DNA of 64,000 nucleotides from Burkholderiales bacterium (GCA_043743335.1 JAYTWR010000074.1:3413-67412); one strand, 5' to 3'. Counted from the stretch's first letter, positions 9,428 through 19,796 are shown. Notes: a model not told the origin generated them from the sequence alone. Translations and numbers: made by a program.

Positions 9428-10237
9428 ATGTTGCTAAGACGATGGTTTCAAATTCTGACGGTAGTCTTGACTTGCGCATTTTCCTTCTATGCGCATGCGC
9501 AAAACACGCAGCCTGAATATCGCTTGGGAAACGGCGACAGCATTCGGATATTAGTATTTCAGAATCCCGATCTGACCACGGAGACCCGAGTTACAGAGAA
9601 TGGCACTATCAGTTATCCGCTGGTAGGTACCGTACGAGTCGGTGGACTAACTATTCCCGATGCAGGGCAAGCCATTGCGAAAGCCTTGAGTGACGGCGGT
9701 TTTATTCAGAAGCCTCAGGTGAATATCGTGTTGCTGCAAAATCGCGGTAACCAAGTGTCTGTTCTGGGAGCAGTGAACCGGGCAGGGCGTTTCCCACTGG
9801 AAACGTTTGATATTCGCGTTTCCGAGATGCTTGCGATTGCTGGCGGGATTTCGTCAGGCGGTGGCGATGTCATTATCCTGACCGGGCAACGCGCGGGCAA
9901 GCCGATTCGCAAAGAGATTGATATTGCTGGCATGTTCTTGAATAACAATCTGCAGGACGACATTATTGTTGTTGGTGGCGACATCATCTACGTTCACAGA
10001 TTCCAGCAGTACTACATTTACGGTGAAGTGCAACGCCCCGGTGCATCGCGTATTGAGCGCGCGATGACTGTACGTCAAGCGCTTGCGCAAAGCGGCGGGC
10101 CGACAGCAAGAGGAACTGAGCGTCGCATTCGTATCCATCGCCGAAGTGCCGATGGGGCTGTGGTAACGATTAGCCCGAATTTGAACGATTTGGTTCAAAG
10201 TGATGACGTTATTTATATCAATGAAAGTTTGTTCTAG
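9428..10237 (+). CDS. epsE: Polysaccharide export protein EpsE (Wza/OPX family)
   Basis: YRLGNGDSIRILVFQNPDL Poly_export motif, SLBB repeats, terminal ESLF. Confidence 0.92.
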   Translation: MLLRRWFQILTVVLTCAFSFYAHAQNTQPEYRLGNGDSIRILVFQNPDLTTETRVTENGTISYPLVGTVRVGGLTIPDAGQAIAKALSDGGFIQKPQVNIVLLQNRGNQVSVLGAVNRAGRFPLETFDIRVSEMLAIAGGISSGGGDVIILTGQRAGKPIRKEIDIAGMFLNNNLQDDIIVVGGDIIYVHRFQQYYIYGEVQRPGASRIERAMTVRQALAQSGGPTARGTERRIRIHRRSADGAVVTISPNLNDLVQSDDVIYINESLF

Positions 10238-10246
10238 GGATACCCA

Positions 10247-11629
10247 GTGAATCCGACGCAGCTTTTATCGATACTGAAGGCGCATTACAAAGCCTCGCTT
10301 GCAGTGGCGTTGCTAACTATAGTTAGCATGATTACGGTTAATTATTTTTTGCCGAAGGTCTACACCGCGACAACATCCGTATACGTTGACTCAAAATCGG
10401 CTGAAGCAACGGCTACTATGATGATGCCGATTAATTTGGGCACGCAATTGGATATCATCAACAGTGATCGGGTTGCTCGCAAGGTGGTTCGTACGCTGGG
10501 TTTGGATGAAAGTGCAGCCGTCAGGGACCAGTGGATGGCTGCCACCGGCGGGAAAGGCTCACAAGGTAATTGGCTTGCGGAACTGATGCTCAGAGGGTTG
10601 CGCGTGACCCCATCACGAGAAAGCAGCGTTATCAGTATCTCCTACTCAGGTGCAGAACCGGCATTTGTTGCATCGGTGGCGAACGCTTTTGCGCAGGCGT
10701 ATATAGACGTTACGCTGGAACTGAAAATTGACCCGGCGCGAAAATATTCTCGATGGTTCGGTGAGCAGGGTCAGACTCTCAGGGATAACGTAGAGAAGGC
10801 TCAAGCCAAGCTGTCGGCCTTTCAGCAGGAAAAGGGCCTAGTGGCGGGTGACGAGCGTATGGATACGGAAAGTGCGAGGCTTAGCGAGCTGTCTTCGCAA
10901 TTGATTCGCGCTCAATCCGAGGCAAGCGATGTGCGTATCAAGCAGAGGACCAGCACAGCGGGCGAGGTGCTACCCGATGTCGTTGGCAATACAGGCGTGG
11001 CGGCGTTGCGCTCAGAGATTGGTCGTCAGGAGGCCAAATTGCAGGAAACCGGTGTGAATTTGGGCTTAAATCACCCGCAGTATCAGCGCATGCAGTCAGA
11101 AATTTCTGCATTAAAACAACGGCTTGACGCTGAAACTAAATTGGTGACCGGCGGACTGACTGTCACCACTACCATGGGTAATGACAGAGTGGCTAACCTA
11201 GAAGCCGCATTGGCAGCACAGAAAAGAAAGCTGCTGTTACTCAAGAATGATCGAGATCAACTGGCGGTACTGCAACGTGATGTGGAGGCGGCCAAAAACG
11301 CGTACGACATGGTCAACAGGCGGTTCACCGAAACAACGCTGACGAGCCAAGCAACCGATGCAAACGTTTCGGTTCTTTCGCCTGCGACGGTGCCGCTTGA
11401 GCCGTCGTTCCCCAAAAAAATCGAAAAGGTGGCAATGATGGCGGTGGCGATTGGCCTTTTGCTGGGCATAGCGACGGCATTTGCCATAGAAAAACTTGAT
11501 CGCCGCATACGCTCGACCGAAGATTTAACTGAAACCATGCAGCTACCTGTGCTCGGGACAATAAGCCGCGACAATGAGCCAAGAAGGCTGACCTTTTGGC
11601 GCAGGAATGTGCCATTGCTGAGTCGGTGA
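10247..11629 (+). CDS. epsF: Chain-length determinant EpsF (polysaccharide co-polymerase)
   Basis: Two TM segments flanking a coiled coil; NHPQY, PLEPSFP and DRRIRS..LPVLG motifs. Confidence 0.9.
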   Translation: MNPTQLLSILKAHYKASLAVALLTIVSMITVNYFLPKVYTATTSVYVDSKSAEATATMMMPINLGTQLDIINSDRVARKVVRTLGLDESAAVRDQWMAATGGKGSQGNWLAELMLRGLRVTPSRESSVISISYSGAEPAFVASVANAFAQAYIDVTLELKIDPARKYSRWFGEQGQTLRDNVEKAQAKLSAFQQEKGLVAGDERMDTESARLSELSSQLIRAQSEASDVRIKQRTSTAGEVLPDVVGNTGVAALRSEIGRQEAKLQETGVNLGLNHPQYQRMQSEISALKQRLDAETKLVTGGLTVTTTMGNDRVANLEAALAAQKRKLLLLKNDRDQLAVLQRDVEAAKNAYDMVNRRFTETTLTSQATDANVSVLSPATVPLEPSFPKKIEKVAMMAVAIGLLLGIATAFAIEKLDRRIRSTEDLTETMQLPVLGTISRDNEPRRLTFWRRNVPLLSR

Positions 11630-11635
11630 GGCACC

Positions 11636-12514
11636 ATGGCAGCCCATGAAGTAGTATCTACGGCGCACGCCGCGAAGAGTGGCAATCGCTCGATAGGTGC
11701 TATTCTGATCGATGCGGGGCGACTCAAAATTGAAGACGCAGTCAGAATTCTGCGGCTGCAAAAAGAGCGTGGCCTGCGTTTTGGTGATGCGGGTATGCAA
11801 TTGGGGTTGGTTACGCAAGCGGACATTGATTTTGCGCTATCGTCCCAATTTGATTACCCTTACTTGATCCGCGGTGAAAGCACCGTCAGTCAAGAGCTCA
11901 TCGCTGCCTATGCACCATTTAGCACCCAAGTTGAAGCCCTAAGGGCCTTGCGCGCGCAACTGATGCTGCGATGGTTCGACGATGATCCAGCCCATAAAGC
12001 CTTAGCGATCATTAGTGCCAAGCGAAAAGAAGGTCGCAGCTATATCGCAGCTAATTTAGCCGTAGCATTTTCACAATTGGGTGAGCGCACGTTGCTCATC
12101 GATGCTGACATGCGCAATCCCTCACAGCATCAGTTGTTTTCACTGGATAATCGGGCAGGGTTGTCCGCTGTCCTCACCGGGCGCGGTGGCCCGGAAACCG
12201 TGCAACGCATATCGGCGCTGCGGGATTTGTCGGTGTTGCCCGCAGGGGTACAACCGCCAAACTCACCAGATTTGCTTGCAAGACCCATGTTTACCCACTT
12301 GCTTCAGGAATCTGCCAAGGAGTTCGATGTCATTCTTATCGACACGCCAGCGGCGGCGGATTCTGCTGATGCACAAACTGTCACCATGCGTGCAGGGTGC
12401 GCGCTAGTTGTTGCACGAAAAAATGTATCCAAATTTTGGCAGGTGCAAGGCATAGGAGCAGAGGCCGTACACAACAGCGCCACTATTGTGGGTACTGTGT
12501 TGAATGATTTCTAG
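11636..12514 (+). CDS. epsG: BY-kinase-like chain-length determinant EpsG with N-terminal MshEN-like domain
   Basis: EALRALR, variant Walker A (EGRS), LLIDADMRNP and LIDTP motifs. Confidence 0.9.
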   Translation: MAAHEVVSTAHAAKSGNRSIGAILIDAGRLKIEDAVRILRLQKERGLRFGDAGMQLGLVTQADIDFALSSQFDYPYLIRGESTVSQELIAAYAPFSTQVEALRALRAQLMLRWFDDDPAHKALAIISAKRKEGRSYIAANLAVAFSQLGERTLLIDADMRNPSQHQLFSLDNRAGLSAVLTGRGGPETVQRISALRDLSVLPAGVQPPNSPDLLARPMFTHLLQESAKEFDVILIDTPAAADSADAQTVTMRAGCALVVARKNVSKFWQVQGIGAEAVHNSATIVGTVLNDF

Positions 12515-12663
12515 GTCGAATCAGCGCAGCCCGTATGCCATCCCGGCGGAATCCGTCTTTAATATATTGGCCGAAAATTCGACGATTTTTCATGAGAACG
12601 AAAGATTGACCTAGCTGTGGTTCGGTCCCGCCCTAAAAATCAAACTAATTTAGATGCCTTTCC

Positions 12664-13524
12664 GTGAGTGACAATATTAAAGCTACTGTTGGCGAGGGGA
12701 CTACTGCTTGGCAGTGGACTCCTGTTGTTGTTGGCTTGCTTGCCTTGTACGTTCCTACGTTTCACAATGCCGCGACCACGTTTTGGCAAAATGATGAACA
12801 TGCACATGCCCCAATTATTTTGGCTGTCATTGTTTGGCTCGTATGGAGCAAGCGTTCTCAACTCGAAGCTTCGATAGCGGCGGCCAAGCCACTCCCGGGA
12901 TTCATCCTGTTAGGCATCGGTCTGTTGCTCTATGTTTTAGGCAGGGCGTTCGAAATAGCACTGATCGAGATTGGCGCACTGATCCCGATACTCAGTGGCG
13001 TTTTGTTGATGATGCGCGGTGGATTAGTCGCACGTGCCTTCTGGTTCCCGATACTTTTCATTATCTTTATGATACCGCTACCGGGCACATTCACAGATGC
13101 ACTGACTGGCCCACTAAAACAGCAAGTATCCGTCATCGCCGAACAAATCCTGTACGCGGCAGGCTACCCGATTGCTCGCAGCGGCGTGATGCTCACCATC
13201 GGGCAATACCAACTCTTGGTTGCCGACGCCTGCTCCGGGCTGAATACCATGTTCAGTTTATCGGCGTTGGGATTGCTCTTCATGTACCTGACTGAACGCG
13301 CTAGTGTGACCCATAACGTTATTATGCTGATCAGTATCTTGCCGATTGCTTTTATTGCCAACGTGATACGTGTGCTTGTGCTCATTCTTGTCACCTACCA
13401 CTTTGGCGATGAGGCGGGGCAAGGCTATCTCCACGGCTCGGCAGGAATAGTATTACTCATGGCCGCACTGGTTTCTTTGCTGGCTCTGGATAGTTTGTTG
13501 GCGCGATTTATCAGACCACGCTAG
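12664..13524 (+). CDS. xrtB: Exosortase B (EpsH)
   Basis: VADACSGL (catalytic Cys), ANVIR (Arg) and GYLHG (His); multi-TM; follows epsG. Confidence 0.92.
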   Translation: MSDNIKATVGEGTTAWQWTPVVVGLLALYVPTFHNAATTFWQNDEHAHAPIILAVIVWLVWSKRSQLEASIAAAKPLPGFILLGIGLLLYVLGRAFEIALIEIGALIPILSGVLLMMRGGLVARAFWFPILFIIFMIPLPGTFTDALTGPLKQQVSVIAEQILYAAGYPIARSGVMLTIGQYQLLVADACSGLNTMFSLSALGLLFMYLTERASVTHNVIMLISILPIAFIANVIRVLVLILVTYHFGDEAGQGYLHGSAGIVLLMAALVSLLALDSLLARFIRPR

Positions 13525-13540
13525 ACAGAATCGTCTTGCC

Positions 13541-15100
13541 ATGCCGGAGCATTTAAGGACTTTCATCGTACTACTGCTGTTGGCGACGCCAACTTTCCTG
13601 ATAGCCAAAGGTCCGGCCTGTGCGCTGGCCACCACGGTCAAAGATTTTGAACGGCGGCGTAACGCTTGGTTTTTGGTTACCTGCATTGCCTTCCTTGCCC
13701 ACAATTTCTGGATATTTATCGCAGTTACTGCAGTCTTGCTCTTCTTTCTGGCACCTGCTGAGTCAAACAAAATAGCGCTGTATTTTGCGCTTCTGTTTGC
13801 GGCACCTATGGTGGCCGCCGATATCGGTGGATTGGGTATAGTCAATAGCCTGTTCGGCATCAACTACGCTCGCCTGCTCTCTTTAATAGTGTTGTTTCCG
13901 GCGTACATTGTTCTGCGCCGACAATCCGGTGTAACGCCATTTGGCAAGCTGTTACCCGACAAGCTAATTGCGGGGTACATTCTTCTCAATATCATATTGA
14001 TGTGGCCGCTCATGAGCATGACCGCTACTTTCAGGCAAGGTGTCTTTTATGCCTTTGTAGATATTTTCCTGCCTTATTATGTCGCCAGCAGATCGTTGAA
14101 AAATATGGTGGAATTCAGGGACGCGTTAATGGCATTTGTAGTCGCTGCCCTTATCATAGCGGTAGTCGGCATGTTTGAGTTCGCGCGGCACTGGCTACTG
14201 TATTCGCCGCTACAGGGCGCTTGGGGAGTGAATTGGGGATATGGCAATTACTTGGGGCGAGGCGAGGTATTACGCGCGCAAGCGAGTACGGGGCAACCGA
14301 TAGTTTTGGGCTATGTGATGGCGGTAAGCATCGGCTTCTTTATTTTTTTGAAAAAATCAGTGGTCAACGTGCAGGCTTGGCAATTGGGATTGGCAGTACT
14401 GATAGTAGGGCTTCTTGCACCGGTGTCCCGTGGTCCATGGACCGGCGCAGCGGCAATGATGTTGGTCTTCATCGTATCGGGCCCATCGCCGTCCAAGGGC
14501 ATTATGCGCGTCGTGATGTCGGGTTTGCTGGCGATTCCCCTTTTGCTGGTTATTCCGGGCGGGAGTTCCGTCATATCAGCATTGCCGATTTTCGGCGATG
14601 GCGAGACGAAAAATATAACGTATCGTCAACGTTTGCTCGAGGTGTCCATCCAAGTCATTATGCAGAACCCTTTTTTCGGGTCGCATGATTTTTGGAGATT
14701 GCCCGTGATGCAGCAATTGATCCAAGGTGAAGGCATTATTGACCTTGTCAATACTTATGTAGGCATTGGGTTGGCTAACGGCCTTGTCGGCGTTAGCCTG
14801 TTCGCAGGCAGCTTTCTCGCGGTGAGCGCCGGGGTACTTAAAACGATGCGCAGTGTCGGCGACAAAAGGAGTGAATATTACATTTTGGGCCAAGCGCTGC
14901 TTGCTGTCATCGTGGGAATAATGGTGACCATTTTCACTACCAGCAGCATTACGATTATCCCCTTGGTGTATTGGTCCGTGCTCGGCCTCGGCGTTGCTTA
15001 CATGAGCCTGCGCGAATATGCGAACGTGCAAGAGAGTGTCAGCGATGGACATGCACGATATCCATTACGTATGAAGGGCAAAAGCTATGCGGGAACCTAA
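13541..15100 (+). CDS. O-antigen ligase/Wzy polymerase family membrane protein
   Basis: About 12 TM segments; RA..G.PI, SRGPW, YRQRL and NPFFG motifs. Confidence 0.8.
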   Translation: MPEHLRTFIVLLLLATPTFLIAKGPACALATTVKDFERRRNAWFLVTCIAFLAHNFWIFIAVTAVLLFFLAPAESNKIALYFALLFAAPMVAADIGGLGIVNSLFGINYARLLSLIVLFPAYIVLRRQSGVTPFGKLLPDKLIAGYILLNIILMWPLMSMTATFRQGVFYAFVDIFLPYYVASRSLKNMVEFRDALMAFVVAALIIAVVGMFEFARHWLLYSPLQGAWGVNWGYGNYLGRGEVLRAQASTGQPIVLGYVMAVSIGFFIFLKKSVVNVQAWQLGLAVLIVGLLAPVSRGPWTGAAAMMLVFIVSGPSPSKGIMRVVMSGLLAIPLLLVIPGGSSVISALPIFGDGETKNITYRQRLLEVSIQVIMQNPFFGSHDFWRLPVMQQLIQGEGIIDLVNTYVGIGLANGLVGVSLFAGSFLAVSAGVLKTMRSVGDKRSEYYILGQALLAVIVGIMVTIFTTSSITIIPLVYWSVLGLGVAYMSLREYANVQESVSDGHARYPLRMKGKSYAGT

Positions 15101-15225
15101 AGCCAAGTATCCCATTCACTGGAACGCTTCCGGCGCGGACGTGAAGTGATGGTGAGCAACTGTTGCCTCATAGAGCAAGCCTCAGACGCAGAAGCAGTTT
15201 TCCCATCGGGTCTGGATGGCATCTC

Positions 15226-16164
15226 ATGACACTGAATGAGGGAATGTGGCTATGGCGTTTATCCAAACCAATATTCGCCAACGAAGGTATGCAAAAGCAG
15301 AGTGTAGGAACACTGCGTATCCTCAAGCGACGCCTTGACTATGTTGTAAAAGGCTTGTCGTTGCGCAAGCACCTTAACGCATTTAAACACCCCCGAAAAA
15401 ATGGGGTCTTGCAGCGTACACTACAGCAGCGGCCGGAAATTTTAGGGGCTGTGGTGTGGCCCTATATCTGCGCAAGTTGGCCAGCAGGGACTCGCTTGCA
15501 GCATATGCATGAGCACTTTGAGGCACTCGAGTCGATGGGTGGGGTCTTGGATTTTCCGCCTCGTGGAGAGTTACTACTGCTAGACCTTGGTGACGTTGCC
15601 CCCAATCTTCGAGTCGTCTTGGATCAAGCCGAGTGGTTTGTGCGGGAAGGCATGTTGGTACTGAATCTTTTCTTGCAGGACGTTCGAATTTATTCGCTAG
15701 CATTCTCTTTTGCCTACGAAGAATCGAAATTGATCGCCTACGTAGGTGCCATTCAGGGTGTTGACGTCGCGGGAATCATGAATGATTACAAGGACTTAAC
15801 GAAAGCGCTTCACGGCATGCGCCCACGAGATTTTCAAGTCGAGGTGTTTCGTATTTTTTGTCGCGCCTGCAACACTCGCAAAATCTATGCGATATGCGAT
15901 GACAAGCGTCAGCATCGGAGCAGTTATTTTGATAGCGCAAAATCAGAAGCACTGTTTCTGAATTACAACGCCATTTGGGAGGAGCGGGGCGGTGTGAAAG
16001 AATGCGAAGATTTCTACACGTTGGCGTTAGAAACGCCCATGAAAAATCTAGAAGAAGTGCCATCGAAAAAACGCGGCATGTACCGGCGGCGATATGAAAT
16101 GTTGCAAGCGATAGAAGCGCGGGTACATACATTTCTACAAGACCAAAGGCCCGGTTCGACTTAA
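15226..16164 (+). CDS. VirK/YbjX (DUF535) family protein
   Basis: REG.L.L, YVGAIQG, TKALHGMRP, YNAIWEERGG and SKKRGMYRRRY motifs. Confidence 0.85.
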   Translation: MTLNEGMWLWRLSKPIFANEGMQKQSVGTLRILKRRLDYVVKGLSLRKHLNAFKHPRKNGVLQRTLQQRPEILGAVVWPYICASWPAGTRLQHMHEHFEALESMGGVLDFPPRGELLLLDLGDVAPNLRVVLDQAEWFVREGMLVLNLFLQDVRIYSLAFSFAYEESKLIAYVGAIQGVDVAGIMNDYKDLTKALHGMRPRDFQVEVFRIFCRACNTRKIYAICDDKRQHRSSYFDSAKSEALFLNYNAIWEERGGVKECEDFYTLALETPMKNLEEVPSKKRGMYRRRYEMLQAIEARVHTFLQDQRPGST

Positions 16165-16227
16165 GTTGCCATTTTTTCTTGAGATTACAGGTAAGTTCAC
16201 CATTGATTAAACAAAAGAATTTACACA

Positions 16228-16953
16228 ATGAAATCTAGCCACATCGTCTATGATGGGATTTCCCTGCCAGCAGACTTGGCACCACAAGCGGCACCGGGAA
16301 CATGGGAATGTGCTCTGAGTCAGGCACCCGCTGTAGGGCGTGCATTTGTCGCGGGTGCGGGCCGCGGTGGTCTTTCCCTAGTGTTGAATAAAAAGGGTTT
16401 CGAGGTCACTAGCCTCGATTTGCATCCGGAGCATTTTGCGGCACCCGGCCTGAGCTGCAAAGGCGCTGATTTCAATTTGCCACTGCCACTGGGTACCGAA
16501 CACTTTGATTTTGTTCTGGCGGTAGAAGTCGCAGAGCACCTTGAGAATCCGTGGCTTTTTCTGCGCGAGGCTATCAGGGTTCTACGCCCAGGCGGACGTC
16601 TGGTTTTTACTTCTCCAAATGTCGTCAGCCTGCCAGCCCGTATGTTGTTCCTGAGAAATGGCCTACTGCCGTATTTTCGAGAAGAATCGTTTGTGGGTTG
16701 CTATCACGTGACGCCAATCTTCCCTTGGGCAGTCTCGCGGTGGGCTCGAACAACCAACGCCGTGTTGAACTCAATTACCTATTCCAGAACTAACTGGCCG
16801 ACCAAACATGATGTGCCGCGGCATTGGGAGCCTATTTGGACCAGAACACTGAAGAAACTGATTCCACCAAGTTCGCTCACCGGAGAAACCTCCTGTTATA
16901 CGATCACCAAGTCCGGCGAAGCGACAGTCACTGTCGGCGTGCACTACGCTTAA
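16228..16953 (+). CDS. Class I SAM-dependent methyltransferase
   Basis: GAGRG motif I variant; EVAEHLENP..RVLRPGG..SPN. Confidence 0.85.
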   Translation: MKSSHIVYDGISLPADLAPQAAPGTWECALSQAPAVGRAFVAGAGRGGLSLVLNKKGFEVTSLDLHPEHFAAPGLSCKGADFNLPLPLGTEHFDFVLAVEVAEHLENPWLFLREAIRVLRPGGRLVFTSPNVVSLPARMLFLRNGLLPYFREESFVGCYHVTPIFPWAVSRWARTTNAVLNSITYSRTNWPTKHDVPRHWEPIWTRTLKKLIPPSSLTGETSCYTITKSGEATVTVGVHYA

Positions 16954-17107
16954 TTGTCAACGGTTCGGATGCAAGATTGAAATATTCCCGGTATTACGCC
17001 ACGCTCAATTGCAAGCATGAATTGCCGGCCCATGTTTGCTGTTCTGATAGTCGGAAATCCTGTTGCAGTATGGTTAGCACGAGTGTGCCGCAGCGAAATC
17101 GCAACTG

Positions 17108-18457
17108 ATGCCGTTATTGCTTAAAGAACGTGTTTTCCGGGCCGGCGGTTGGACCATGGCTGGCTTGGGCCTGAGTCAGACCCTGCGATTTGGCAGCAAT
17201 CTCGTTATGACGCACCTCTTGGTGCCGGAAATGTTCAGTATTGTGGCGATTGCCAATATTGTCATCATGGGGTTGGCGATGTTTTCAGACCTTGGCTTGC
17301 GGCAAAGTATTGTCCAGAGCAAAAGCAGCGATACCCTTGCCTTCCTTAACACTGCTTGGTCTGTACAAATATTGCGAGGCGGTGCCATTGGGGCCGTCGC
17401 AGTTTTGGCGGGGCTGCTGATTTGGGGCATCAATCTGGCTGGCTGGGTGCCCAAAGAAAGTGTATACGCCCATCCACAATTACCTTTTGTGATCGCAGTC
17501 TTGTCGATCAGCGCGTTGCTCGCAGGTTTCGAATCGACAAAACTCGCTGAAGCCCGCAGAAATCTGTCGATGCATAGAGTGGTGCAAATTGAATTGGCCA
17601 GTCAAATCTTTGGCTTGATTGTCATGTTTGTCTGGGCGTCCATCAGTAAGTCCATATGGGCGATAGTGGCAGGTGGCGTATTTTCGCAACTGCTGAAGGT
17701 TATGCTCAGTCACTCATGGATGCCCGGTAATCCCAATAAATGGTATTGGGATAAGGCGGCATTGCGCGAGATACTCCGTTTCGGCAAATGGATTTTCGCC
17801 TCGTCCATCCTTGGGTTTCTTGTGAACAACGGCGATAGACTGGTACTCGGATTTTTTGTCGATACGACCGTTCTGGGCGTATACGTGATCGCATTTTTAA
17901 TTTACAGCGCAGTCGATCAAGTACTTGGCAAGCTACTCGCCGAAGTCTCATTTCCTGCATTTAGTGAGTTGGCTCGCGAGAGGCCCGGTGAACTTAAACC
18001 TGCTTACTATCGTTTTCATGCGCTTGTTGCTTCGTTTACTTATTTCTGCGCCGGTGTATTGATGGCGTCTGGTCAAACGCTAGTCGGACTGCTATATGAT
18101 CAACGGTATGCTGAAGCAGGATGGATGCTTCAGTTGTTGGCCAGCGCCCTGCTTACCTTACCGTTTCGCCTTGCGGGGCACTGTTTTCTAGCACTTGGTA
18201 AATCAAAATTACTGACGCATACCATATTCATCCAACTTATTACTTTATATCTATTCACCCCATTGGGATTTAAATTTTTGGGTTTGCCCGGCGCTTTGAT
18301 TGGAATAGTGTTGAGTTATTACTCGGCCTTGCCGACAACTATTTATTACATGATTAAGCACAATATATTTGATTTGCGTCGAGAGTTGCTCGTAGTGCCG
18401 GCAATCATTGTCGGGTTACTGTTTGCACAAATGATTAACTTAATGGCACGCCATTGA
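17108..18457 (+). CDS. wzx: Wzx-type oligosaccharide flippase (PST family)
   Basis: LLVPEMF, FSDLGL, NTAWSVQILRG and GDRLVLG motifs; many TM segments. Confidence 0.9.
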   Translation: MPLLLKERVFRAGGWTMAGLGLSQTLRFGSNLVMTHLLVPEMFSIVAIANIVIMGLAMFSDLGLRQSIVQSKSSDTLAFLNTAWSVQILRGGAIGAVAVLAGLLIWGINLAGWVPKESVYAHPQLPFVIAVLSISALLAGFESTKLAEARRNLSMHRVVQIELASQIFGLIVMFVWASISKSIWAIVAGGVFSQLLKVMLSHSWMPGNPNKWYWDKAALREILRFGKWIFASSILGFLVNNGDRLVLGFFVDTTVLGVYVIAFLIYSAVDQVLGKLLAEVSFPAFSELARERPGELKPAYYRFHALVASFTYFCAGVLMASGQTLVGLLYDQRYAEAGWMLQLLASALLTLPFRLAGHCFLALGKSKLLTHTIFIQLITLYLFTPLGFKFLGLPGALIGIVLSYYSALPTTIYYMIKHNIFDLRRELLVVPAIIVGLLFAQMINLMARH

Positions 18458-18569
18458 CGATCGTATCTGGGTTAAGTAGCTGGGTTAAGTATCTGGAACT
18501 GATCGGTCGGCTCCTGCGAAGTTAGTTGTTGATATGATCCTCCAAGTTTGGATGTGTTAGGAAAATTTG

Positions 18570-19694
18570 ATGCGGATAACTTTTGTCCTTCCCATAGCGG
18601 CCATGGGTGGTGGTGTGCGCGTCGTCTCCATTTATGCAAAATTTCTTGCGGCGCGAGGACATGATGTATTGCTGGTGTCCCCACCACCACGGGATCCACC
18701 GCTGGGCAAAAAGGTAAAGTCTTTGCTTAAGGGACGCGGGTGGCCAAGTGCTGTCCCAGCGCCCAAGTCACACTTGGATAGCACGGGCTTGCGTCATCAC
18801 GTTCTCGACCGATATCGCCCCGTAACTAGTAGGGACGTTCCTGATGCTGACGTTGTTATCGCAACGTGGTGGGAAACCGCAGAATGGGTTAATGCGCTGG
18901 GTAAGACCAAGGGCGCAAAAGTCTATTTTGTGCAACACCACGAAGTATTTCCCTACCTGCCAGTGGAACGTTGCCACGCGACCTACAAGTTTCCCATGCA
19001 CAAAATTGTGATCGCACGGTGGCTTAAAGATGTGATGCGAAATCTTTACGAGGATGATGTGGTTGATCTCGTTCCCAATAGCGTAGATCGGACTCAATTT
19101 TATGCGGAAGTGCGTGGCAAACAATCGATCCCGACCGTAGGCTTCCTCTACGCTTCCGTTCCTTCGAAGGGCGTGAATGTTGCGCTTGCGGCGATACGCC
19201 AGGTTCAGCAGAAAATTCCTAACCTTCGTTTGGTGTGCTTTGGAAGTGAGCCGGAGATGCCAACGGTGCCTTTGCCCGCGGGCGTAAATTTTTACCACTC
19301 ACCGCCACAAAATGAAATCAGAAACCTGTATGCGCAATGCGATGCATGGATTGCAGCCAGTACCAGCGAAGGCTTTAATCTTCCAGCGATTGAAGCCATG
19401 GCTTGCCGTACGCCTTTGGTGTCTACCAAGGCCGGGTGGCCTGAAGAGGTTATCCAAACGGGCAAAAATGGCGCTCTGGCTGACGTAAACGATGTTGATG
19501 GACTTGCGCGTGGCCTAGATTGGATACTGACGTGCCCCGAACAAGAATGGCGGGAAGTGTCGCAGAGAGCGTACGATACAGCTTGCACTGGTTCATGGAA
19601 CGAATCTGCGAGCCAATTTGAAGCAGCCCTATTACACGCTTGTCGGCGCTCTACAGTTGGCGAAATTGCCGGAAAGCACTCGGTAGTGTTATGA
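18570..19694 (+). CDS. Glycosyltransferase family 4
   Basis: GGGVR; ATWWETA; EGFNLPAIEAMAC (Ex7E). Confidence 0.92.
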   Translation: MRITFVLPIAAMGGGVRVVSIYAKFLAARGHDVLLVSPPPRDPPLGKKVKSLLKGRGWPSAVPAPKSHLDSTGLRHHVLDRYRPVTSRDVPDADVVIATWWETAEWVNALGKTKGAKVYFVQHHEVFPYLPVERCHATYKFPMHKIVIARWLKDVMRNLYEDDVVDLVPNSVDRTQFYAEVRGKQSIPTVGFLYASVPSKGVNVALAAIRQVQQKIPNLRLVCFGSEPEMPTVPLPAGVNFYHSPPQNEIRNLYAQCDAWIAASTSEGFNLPAIEAMACRTPLVSTKAGWPEEVIQTGKNGALADVNDVDGLARGLDWILTCPEQEWREVSQRAYDTACTGSWNESASQFEAALLHACRRSTVGEIAGKHSVVL

Positions 19695-19796
19695 GTGAAC
19701 AGTGTTTCGAATCACGCAATGTATAAAGAGCGGATCGAGAATGAATTTCGCTCACCCGGAAGCATATTTTAAGAAATCATATCTTCGGAAGCTGTT

